Below, piece after piece: positions 1-9,500 of a stretch of 64,000 bases of DNA. The position numbers and the translations under genes were made by a program. A model generated the notes under the pieces. That model had not been told where the DNA came from and ran no database searches. It saw only the letters and a list, made by a program, of their open reading frames with translations. Source of the stretch: Amoebidium appalachense (taxonomy: Eukaryota > Protista > Ichthyosporea); the NCBI GenBank assembly GCA_963693365.1, contig CAVNZM010000016.1, positions 6,307,029 through 6,371,028 on the forward strand, read 5' to 3'. Position 1 is the stretch's first letter; each line of letters starts with the position of its first letter.

Positions 1-2
1 AC

Positions 3-290
3 CGCACTCCCAGAGGTGGAAACAGCACCAAGTGGGTGGTGGACATCGCTGCGGAGCAGACGTCGCTTAAGGTTGTCGAGAGGTCGAAGGAGCTCTGTGT
101 GGGGTTCACGAAGACTCAGTCCAAGTACGATGCACCCTTAACGCTGATGAAGTGCAACCCCAACGACAACGGCCAGAAGTTTTCGTTTAAGGACACAACA
201 TACCAACCCCCCGCTGCACCTACCGGGACAAGTGCTGCGGCAGCTACGACTATGGCAGATTCGGCTGCTCCTGCTACCCATGCAGCCTAA
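3..290 (+). CDS. 3' end of a gene, ricin-B (beta-trefoil) lectin-like repeat plus Ala/Thr-rich tail; 5'-partial
   Basis: Frame is open from the window start: ...TKWVVD...SLKVVERSKELCVGF...APLTLMKCNPNDNGQKFSF... The LC-x..LxLxxC....QxF pattern is typical of ricin-B repeats. TAA at 288-290. Confidence 0.5.
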   Translation, partial: RTPRGGNSTKWVVDIAAEQTSLKVVERSKELCVGFTKTQSKYDAPLTLMKCNPNDNGQKFSFKDTTYQPPAAPTGTSAAAATTMADSAAPATHAA

Positions 291-417
291 AAACGTTAAC
301 TGGGTGCTTGGCGCTGATATTTTACAGAACGAATATGTACTTGGTTGTAGTGGTGGTGTGGTGATGGGATTTTGAACACTTTTTGTTGCTACAAACATGT
401 GTGTACACGGCACACCG

Positions 418-456
<39 letters not shown>

Positions 457-1033
457 ACACACACGTATGCACACGTATGCACACGCACACACACATGTCT
501 GGAGGTCACTGTGTTTACGACAAGCCAGATGTAGGGAAATGCTTTTTGTGAGGTTTCGGAGGAAATGAAGGTTTTGGAGGCCTAAAACGGATCTTCAGAG
601 GATAGGAAATATGTTCATGGTATAGTTTAATGACCAGATAGAATTCTGTGTACTATTTTAATTATTATAATAGTGTTATGCATAAAACGATAGTGCACTT
701 TGCTAATAGCGAACTCTAAATCTATCACGTACACCTTTATAGTTGCATATTTCAATGTATATTTGATATCAATACATGAGAGCTAAAGTAGTACCATGTC
801 AACATGTATGAATATAACCCGAAACAGAACAGTGATATCAAAAAAAAAAATTGTCATATGCGCACCATTTCGAAAAAATAGAAAGGACCACCGGTCACGA
901 ATATAAGCCACCCCCCATCCCTCCGAATGCATACATGTCTCTCTCTCTAACTCTCTCAGCTCCCTGCCATCCTCCTATTCTCCCCGTCTTTTTATGCTGC
1001 GAGAAATAACGGTCGTTCTATTGTTTTACCGGT

Positions 1034-1035
<2 letters not shown>

Positions 1036-1112
<77 letters not shown>

Positions 1113-1123
1113 ACAAACCTGCG

Positions 1124-1155
<32 letters not shown>

Positions 1156-1312
1156 TTATCGATGACAACCACGCACACGATCATCAATGAACCTCTTGTC
1201 TGGGCCACGGTGATCATTGGCCATATTCCACTACTATTGTGCAGTCCGCATCACCCACCCACCCACGTGCGCGTGGCCACCCACCCACCCACATACATAC
1301 ACACACGTGTAC

Positions 1313-1393
<81 letters not shown>

Positions 1394-1464
1394 ACACGTG
1401 CACACACACAATGTGACACAACACACACACACACACACAGAGACACACACACACACACGTGCAT

Positions 1465-1498
<34 letters not shown>

Positions 1499-1657
1499 GT
1501 CACGGTGCACGCGTGCACACACACACACACACATACGCCCATCCCTCCCAACCACACACCCACGCACACGCACACACGCACGTGGCACCACACAAACACA
1601 CACACACAGACGCAAACACTTTGAAACATCAAGTTATGTACAGACACACACACACGT

Positions 1658-1720
<63 letters not shown>

Positions 1721-1922
1721 ACACACAGAAACACACACACACCCTGGCACACACACACACACACACGTACACACACACACGCACACACGCACACACACAC
1801 ACACACACACACATGTACACACACACGCACACACACATGTACATACACACACACGCACACACACGCACACACACACACACATGTACACACACACGCACAC
1901 ACACACACACACTCACTCACAT

Positions 1923-2020
<98 letters not shown>

Positions 2021-2028
2021 ACACACAT
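1036..2028. repeat. Poly(C), (CA)n and (TA)n microsatellite block
   Basis: Directly visible; produces the spurious HT/CV-repeat ORFs. Confidence 0.95.
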
Positions 2029-2157
2029 TACCTGGGCCCGGGGGATTATTATTATTAATTGCACTCTATTGGGGAATGGGGATCCGGATCGGATCACTGC
2101 ACTTTTTTCTTGAATCCCACGATGATGCACTTTTTGCAGGCTCAGTTGAATAAATTG

Positions 2158-2797
2158 TGTAGACATGGTTGTGTACATTCACGTGCACACCGTGCTGTTC
2201 CCCCACAACCAGTCTACGTGCCTTTGTGTCTTCTCGCCAGAGGCTGGAATAGAGCCTCGGAAGCAGCTACCAATCGGCTGCATCACTTTTAGCTGTATTC
2301 CTTAATAGGGCAGTTGCTCTGCACCTTAAGTATGCAGTTAGGAGCGATGCAAAGAACGTGAACACTTTGCCAGCATGTATCTTAGGTGTACGGCACACAC
2401 TGTGTGCCGTAGACACTTTATTGGGCACTAGACATACACATGTAGCACTGTAGTATAACTTGAAGCTAGATTATGATCACCCAGGAGAAGCTCATGTACT
2501 CATGTATATGTCATGTACTTTATTTTAAGTAGGGCCACATGCCTATTGGCTGTCGCCTTACAAAAGTATGCGAGCAGTGCTCTCCGGACCGGCGGAAACC
2601 AAGGGACTATAAAAGGCTGGTACATTCCAGACTTGGGTCACTTGGGCGGGGCTGTGTGTCCGAGTAAACGTTACACTAGTCGTGCGGTGTCAGACTAGCT
2701 GTAGCACCCGCTTTCTTGTCTCTATACTTACGTGCTTCTCCTAGCCTGCATATGTTAACTAGGGCATAGTATTAGTGTATACACACCCTGGTTTTCA
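2158..2797 (+). repeat. 5' LTR
   Basis: TGTAGACATGG...GGTTTTCA; no differences from 11322-11961 seen by eye. Confidence 0.97.
2608..2614 (+). promoter_or_regulatory. TATA box of the LTR promoter (copy at 11772-11778)
   Basis: TATAAAA in the 3' third of the LTR, with ATTGG (reverse CCAAT) about 60 bp upstream. Confidence 0.6.
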
Positions 2798-2798
2798 C

Positions 2799-2810
2799 TG
2801 GCGACCGCAG
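2799..2810 (+). promoter_or_regulatory. Primer-binding site
   Basis: TGGCGACCGCAG, 1 nt after the LTR. It is complementary to a tRNA 3' end ...GCGGUCG-CCA; the G discriminator is compatible with tRNA-Ser (inference). Confidence 0.75.
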
Positions 2811-3241
2811 GCAGTCGAAGGTCTAGAGCGTTGGCATTAGCGTTTTTAGACTTTCGGGTGATCACAATCAAGCGATTTTGCACATTCTTTACGGTAAACA
2901 GTCCGGAAATTTCTCCTAGTTACAACTTTGTGATTGGTTGGGATTCGCGCTGTGTTCCTGTGATTGGATACCTAAAATTTGTTGGCCACATTTGGGTGTT
3001 TGCGCCATCAACTTGGTATCCGGCGTGCTACTGCGAAGTCCCGACTTTCACCGTGAACGTGGGTGGCTGCCAGCGTAGCTGGAGCTGCTTGCACTGTGCT
3101 TTGCAAGTGCAACCGGTGGTACTTTGTGACAGTGACCACTGGGAGGGTAGGCTGCTGTGTTGGGGCCGTGGGCACGACCAGTAGGGAACCCTTTTGACAC
3201 GTTGGTGTGAGCCACTGTGGTGGCAAGAACGTGCAGCTGAG

Positions 3242-5692
3242 ATGGCTGGCACTGGGGCTGAGAGAGGCGGGCGCCGTTCCCGCAGTCGCAGCCGTGAGCC
3301 TGGCCGGCGTTCGGCCACGCCTGAGGGCGGTCGGGAGAGTTCCCCTTATGATTCTGGTGAGTGTGCTGATGATTCCCGTGTGTGTATGGCTCCGCCCATG
3401 TCTGGGCTGGGTGACGATACAGAGACACGTGGCATACACACACCTGGCCGTCGTGTTATGCCTGCTACTCAGTTGCGTGGGCGCAGGACTCTTCGGGGCA
3501 CTAGGCCTATTAATGTTGCTGCTTTCCATGTTGAGCCTGAGTCTGATGATTCTGAATGGGAGCAGAATGGGTTTAGTGAGAGCTCGGGGTCTGAGAGTGA
3601 CGAGGGTGGTGACTCAGATTACGAACCCCAGTCACCTGTGCGCTCTCCTGGTGTGTGTGATCGTGTGGGGGATGGGGATGACGTTAGTGAGAGTGATGGT
3701 TCTGAGTCTGAGCCTAATCTGACTGTACCCCCACCTGCACGTGACCCTAGCACACCGGAACGTTCTTTACTTGATCATGCCGCTGAGGTTATGGGGGTAG
3801 ATGCTAGCAGCACGGAAGAAGTGTTGCGCCGGCAGACTGAAGCATTGCGTGCATTCGAAGCCCTGAGAGAAGCTGGGTGGGTTCCTGCTAAAAAGAGGGG
3901 TGCACGTGGTGTTGGCAGTCAGGCTGGTGGGAATAAACAGGCAGTTGGCAGTCAGGGTGAGACCCAGGAGGGTGATGTTTACTTACGGAATAACTATTAT
4001 GGGGTTTTGGCAGATGACCAGCGGGGATACAACTACAACCCGCCCACCCCTGGCCGTGAGTACCGTTCACCATCACCTGACCGCGATGCCGACCGTTCCC
4101 GCTCCCCTCCCTCGCGGCACCGTTCTCCGTCTCATCGTAGCCGGTCCCCTGATCGTGTGCGTGAGCGCGAGCGCGGTGGTGAGCGCAGCAAGGAGCGTGG
4201 GTGTGTGCACGAGCGCACTCGCTCGCGCAGCCGCTCTCCCCAGCGCAACCGCACTCCAGAACAGGAGTCTTCTCGCGCACGCACCCGCGACCATTCGCCA
4301 CGGGGTCGGGACTGTACAACACCATCTAACTGTGGGTGTAACCACCGGGGTTGTGGGCCGGTGCAGCAGTGGCCTTTTGGTTTCCCGGCCATGCCTGCAG
4401 GGGGGCCCAACACTAACATGAGTGGGCCCATGATGACCCCCTTCCCCATGTTAATGTTTGGTTATCCGCAGCCCAACGTTGGGGCAGCAGGTACCAACAC
4501 TCAGCCCACAGATAACAAGGTGGAGAAGGAGAGAAAGACCCGTTCATCTAGCAAGCGTAAGTCTTCTGGCCGGCGTGCACGTACGCCTGTGTCTGAGGAG
4601 GACTGCAGCGAGGATGACGGGGCGAGCCAGAGCAGCTCGGAGAGTGAAGATGACAACCACCCGCCAAAGAAGGTGAAGTCTGCACGTGATTTGCTCCTTG
4701 CTTTGATGCCGGAGCATGATATGGCATGGCGTAAACCGTTGGTTGTGCACCCCTCTCGCCACTATGCGCCTCTGATCACTGCAGATAAGGTGCCCCAGTT
4801 TAAGGGTGATATGAGTGATACGCGCACGGTGGTTGAGTGGCTCTCTGAGCTTGCAAGCTTGTTTTTCAGGGTGGCTGGTGTGCCTGTGCATGATGCTGTG
4901 CCTTTAGTTGTCTCGTGCTTTCCTCCTGCAAGCCCCGCACGCAATTGGTTTTCCAAATTTTGCCGCACGCACCCTAATGCCACGTTCGAAGCTTTTGCGC
5001 AAGCAGTGGTTAAGGAGTTCCATGGTGAGCACGTTTTGGAAAAATGGCAGGGCAAGCTGGACGAGTTGAAGCAGGGAAACATGGAGGTTTCGGAATTCTA
5101 TACACAGCACGCTAGCTTGTGGGCGCGAGTGTATCCACATGGCACGGATGAAGCGCGTTTGATTGATTTTTCGCACAAGTTGAACGCTGCCGCATTTAGT
5201 GATTACCAAAAATGGGCGGTGAAGCAGAGGCGTGCGAAAAAGTGCCTAACCATCCAGGATGCACTCGTTCACTTATCGGAAAAAGAGCGCGACCGCAAAA
5301 GCACACAGAAACACACAAAGGGTACAGCCGGTGTGTTTAATGTGCAGCAGTCGGCTATGGTGGCTGTGCAGGAGCAGGCAGCAGCATTGGGCTTGGATGT
5401 GCCGTCGTTTATTGCTCTGGTGGGGTCCGGTTTGACTAAAAATCCGTGGAAAACTCCCCCACAGAAGCCCAGATACGGTGCATCGGGCAGCAGTGTCGTT
5501 TGCTACGGCTGCGGGAAGCCGGGACATCGCAAAGGTGATGCGGAATGCCCGGCTGCTAATCGCCGCTGCAACGTTTGCAAGAAAGTAGGCCACTATTCCG
5601 ATTCCCGGTTGTGCAAGGGAGAGCCCAAGGGTAACGGCAAGCATCAGCAGGGCCGTGACCCAGACAAGAAGAAGCATTCACACCGCAAATAG
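3242..5692 (+). CDS. gag: Gag: long acidic and RS-rich N-terminus, capsid-like domain, two CCHC knuckles
   Basis: First in-frame ATG at 3242. Capsid-like region ...ARNWF...TFEAF...LKQGNMEVSEFY...; knuckles CYGCGKPGHRKGDAEC and CNVCKKVGHYSDSRLC; TAG at 5690-5692. Confidence 0.9.
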   Translation: MAGTGAERGGRRSRSRSREPGRRSATPEGGRESSPYDSGECADDSRVCMAPPMSGLGDDTETRGIHTPGRRVMPATQLRGRRTLRGTRPINVAAFHVEPESDDSEWEQNGFSESSGSESDEGGDSDYEPQSPVRSPGVCDRVGDGDDVSESDGSESEPNLTVPPPARDPSTPERSLLDHAAEVMGVDASSTEEVLRRQTEALRAFEALREAGWVPAKKRGARGVGSQAGGNKQAVGSQGETQEGDVYLRNNYYGVLADDQRGYNYNPPTPGREYRSPSPDRDADRSRSPPSRHRSPSHRSRSPDRVRERERGGERSKERGCVHERTRSRSRSPQRNRTPEQESSRARTRDHSPRGRDCTTPSNCGCNHRGCGPVQQWPFGFPAMPAGGPNTNMSGPMMTPFPMLMFGYPQPNVGAAGTNTQPTDNKVEKERKTRSSSKRKSSGRRARTPVSEEDCSEDDGASQSSSESEDDNHPPKKVKSARDLLLALMPEHDMAWRKPLVVHPSRHYAPLITADKVPQFKGDMSDTRTVVEWLSELASLFFRVAGVPVHDAVPLVVSCFPPASPARNWFSKFCRTHPNATFEAFAQAVVKEFHGEHVLEKWQGKLDELKQGNMEVSEFYTQHASLWARVYPHGTDEARLIDFSHKLNAAAFSDYQKWAVKQRRAKKCLTIQDALVHLSEKERDRKSTQKHTKGTAGVFNVQQSAMVAVQEQAAALGLDVPSFIALVGSGLTKNPWKTPPQKPRYGASGSSVVCYGCGKPGHRKGDAECPAANRRCNVCKKVGHYSDSRLCKGEPKGNGKHQQGRDPDKKKHSHRK

Positions 5693-6511
5693 GAACTCGC
5701 GGGGGTAAAAGGCGCGGTGCCGGGGGTAGTTGATGTGCGTAGCGCATTTTTGCACATCGGAGAGGATAGTGTACAAAGTAGTGAAGTGGTTAACGAGAAT
5801 TTTGTGCACGACCCTTCTCCCCTGGCGGGAAATTGCAAGGGAAATAAAGCAATCACTCGAAAAACTGTGTCTTTTGCCCCCACCCATATTGTGATCCCGT
5901 CCACCCTAGGTGCAACCACCCCCACAGGTGTTGGGGAGGGGGAGGGTGCACCCGGGAAGGAGGGTGTTATGTCGGTTCAGGATTTTGCGGATTTGAAGCA
6001 GGCACGGGCAGAGGGGTTGGCGGGGCTGGCGGGGCGCGTGCATCCCCCCCCCAAAGAACCATCTGTGTGCAAAGTGTCTGCTAAGGGCTCTACCTCTTGT
6101 TTGCTTGCCACTGTGAGGTTGCATGGGCACCTAGTTACGGTGGTTGTGGATACCGGTGCTAGCCATTCATGCTTGCAATATGATTTTGCGCTGAAATTAC
6201 CATTTGCTACGCGGAAGCGCATTTCGCCGGTTCACAACTTTAGTGCTGTTGGTGCTAGCGGGGACACCTTGCCATGTGCAGGCCGTGTGGGTTTGCACCT
6301 GCAGGTGCCCAACACAGAATGGAGCCATGTGCAAAACTTTCATATTTTGCGTGGCCTCCCCTATGCAGCCTTGCTAGGCATGGATTTCTTGTTGGGTTTC
6401 GATGCACAGATTGACCTGTTGTATAAGCACTTGTTGCTCAGGCCTGCCCACGGCCAGGCAGAGTGCTATATGCCTGTTTGGTGGCTTGGGGCGGGGGTGC
6501 GGGGGTGGTGA
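5693..6511 (+). CDS. Retropepsin aspartic protease ORF, same frame as gag after a single TAG
   Basis: VVVDTGASHSC catalytic motif and LLGMDFL C-terminal motif. Open from 5693, in frame with gag. Confidence 0.9.
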   Translation, partial: ELAGVKGAVPGVVDVRSAFLHIGEDSVQSSEVVNENFVHDPSPLAGNCKGNKAITRKTVSFAPTHIVIPSTLGATTPTGVGEGEGAPGKEGVMSVQDFADLKQARAEGLAGLAGRVHPPPKEPSVCKVSAKGSTSCLLATVRLHGHLVTVVVDTGASHSCLQYDFALKLPFATRKRISPVHNFSAVGASGDTLPCAGRVGLHLQVPNTEWSHVQNFHILRGLPYAALLGMDFLLGFDAQIDLLYKHLLLRPAHGQAECYMPVWWLGAGVRGW

Positions 6512-9500
6512 GGTGGCAACACTTATCACCACCACCGGCGTGCATCTCCCTCCTTTCAGGTCGAATGTGGCTTTGTGCTCGATGAAGGATGGGGGGGAAG
6601 GTTTGGAGGCTGGTGTGACGGGTGTTGTCGTACCCAGACCCACCTCTAACACCGATATTCCCTTCCACCCTGCGCATAGTGTGCAATCACTCTTGTCTGT
6701 AAATGGCAGCCTCGGCTGCAAGGTGCTGTTAACAAATCTGACTGAAAAGCATGTGTATTTGAAGCCTGGTACCCAGGTGGCAGCACTAGAGCCATTGGTT
6801 GAGGGTGATATGCTCACTGTTTTGGTCGATGTGTCCGGGTCCCCAGCTGCAGAGAAGAATGGTGTGGAGGCCGTTGGGTCAGACTCACCGTCAGGCTCTG
6901 TTGGTGGACAAGTGTTTGCTGCTGCTGCGCCGGCGGCTGCAGACAAACCTCCGACGGGTGGAGCCACAGTGGGGGGATCAGGGACCACTGGGGCTACTGG
7001 GGACAACATTTTTATTGGTGAGGGTGGCCGCGTACACGCTAGTGTGCCTGCACGTGTGTACAGGCAGGGGCGCGCGCGCACGGAGACTGTGCAGCCGTGG
7101 CTGTCAAAGAAGAAGGCCAGAGGCCGACTTGCTTTTGCAGCTAGGGCCAGGCACCCAGGGTCGCAGGCGCCTGGTGCTCCAGCCCCTACCAGCACTAGTA
7201 ATGTTGCAGGTACCGGGCAGGGGCAGGTTTCCTCTCCTCAAAACGAACATGTGCATTCCGATCGGAATCTCGAGTTCTCATTGGCTGAGGGTACCTTCGG
7301 GCCGGCCGCTTCATCCTCTGAGGGAGGAGTTGGGCCGTGGCATATAAGGGAGGACACTCAGGGGCAGTGTGAGGGAGTATCTGCCGGGGATACTGAAGCA
7401 TCTGGCCCAGGGGAAGAGACTGATGTGCAGTGTGCAGGGGCCCGCCATGCACGAGGTCAGTCTGGTGGTAGTCAGCCGGGCGCACCAGGAGCCAATCAGA
7501 GTGCAGCAGGGGTGAGCCACGTGCCCACAGCCTCTGCATCTGATGCCGACTCAGGGGGCACCGAGGATGAAATACCACCGGGCGTGGAGGACCCAGAGAC
7601 TATCCCCCTTCCTGATCTGACACCTGCGGAGAGCAAGAGATTCGCTAAGCGCATTCGGAGGTTGCTTAGCAGATGGAAGCACGTGTTTTCTGCACACGAG
7701 CATGACTATGGCAAGTCCAATGTGGCAACGCTGAAGATAGAGTTAACCACAAATGAACCACAGTATCGGCCTCCATACAAAATTCCACACCATATCCGGG
7801 ATCAAGTGTGGAAGCAACTTCAAGTATGGTTGGCTGGGGGGGTCATTGAGCCGTCCACCTCTCCCTACTCTGCACCCATGGTCTTAGTGCGTAAAAAGGA
7901 TGGGAGCGTAAGAGTGTGCCTGGATTTTCGGAAAATAAATTCATGCACTGTGAGGGATGGCTACCCCCTACCCCGCATAGACACTTCTCTCGATGTGTTG
8001 CGTGGGGCGCGCTGGTTCAGTGTGTTTGACCTCTATGGCGGCTATCACCAAATTGAGGTGGATCCAGAAACACGGCCTAAGTTAGCTTTTACTACGCCGT
8101 GGGGTCACTATCAGTTTTGTCGCGCACCCTTTGGGGTTACGAATATGCCGTCTGTATTCAGCCGCGCCATGAATACCGTATTCGCGGGCATGCTGTGGGT
8201 TCATTTGCTTGTGTATATCGATGACCTTCTTCTGTTCACCCCGGATTTGGAAAGTCACTTAACCCTCTTAGAAGAAGTTTTCAGACGGCTGTCCGCGGCT
8301 GGTCTAAAGCTAAAGGGGTCCAAGTGCCACTTTTTCCGGACAGAGGTGGCGTATTTAGGCCATCGTGTGGGCAGAGATGGTATTAAGGTTGATGACGGGA
8401 AAATCGCTGTGATACGCGATAAGCAGGCACCCACTTCTGTGTCCGAATTAAGGAGTGATTTGGGTCTGTTTTCGTATTACAGAAGGTTTGTTCCGAATAT
8501 GAGTGACCTGGCCGAGCCGCTAACGCGCATGTTGGGTGATAGCCCACAGGATAAGCAGTTGCGCAAAAAGATTCACGGGAATGAGCCCCCCACATCTAGT
8601 GCGCGACGGAAGCGGAATGGCACGGCCAAGGAGAAGGCTAGGCAAGCCCGTACTGCTGCAGCAGATGAAAGCACAGAGGTTATTGGGCAAGCCGAATCAG
8701 AGGTTGTGGTGAGCGCACCGGGCGAGAATATTCATGCGAATATTCCAGCGAATAATTCGCGCACACGTGCGAATACGCGCAAAAATGCCTATTTTGTGTG
8801 GGGTGAGGAGCAGCAACGTGCATTTGATGCCCTCAAGCATGCTCTCACACATGCCCCCGTGTTGGCTCATCCAAACTTCGACAAGCCTTTCATTGTGGAC
8901 TCCGATGCTAGCAATGTGGCGCTTGGTGCGGTGCTGTCGCAGGTGGGAGATGACGGGCAGGAGCACCCCGTTGCTTATGCCTCCCGCACGCTCAGTAAGA
9001 GCGAGCGCAATTATTCCGCCACCAAGAGAGAGGGTTTGGGCATCTATTGGGCTGTGTGCAAAGCCTTTCATCAGTATACCTACGGGAAGCCATTTATTTT
9101 GCGCACAGACCATTCTTCGCTGACTTCCATATATGGTAATGGGGATGCCCCCGAGCCCATTGTTGCTGGCTGGCAGATGGCCCTGTCTGCATACACCTAT
9201 GACATCCACCATCGTGCTGGGAAGGACCACAGCAATGCAGACGGCATTTCACGGCCTTCCAGCGCGAATTTGGTGCCCAGCGAAGATGATCCAGATCTGA
9301 CTTTTCCTTCGCTGATTGGGTGTGTGCACGGAGATGACCACAGTGATTTTGTGCCAGACACCGTTGTGTTTCCTGCGCTCGTGGTGACGCGTGGGCGGGC
9401 ACGTGCGGGCGGTGGTGCTGATGCACCCACCCACAAACCCGCGTCAGCGGCGCGCACGCAGAAGCGCAAGCGCACGTCAGGGGTTAAGGGTGGACCGGGG

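Noticed and set aside
2153-2157. 5-bp TSD AATTG for the Gypsy element
   Set aside because: It would remove the terminal A of the 3' LTR; canonical TG...CA ends give the 4-bp ATTG.
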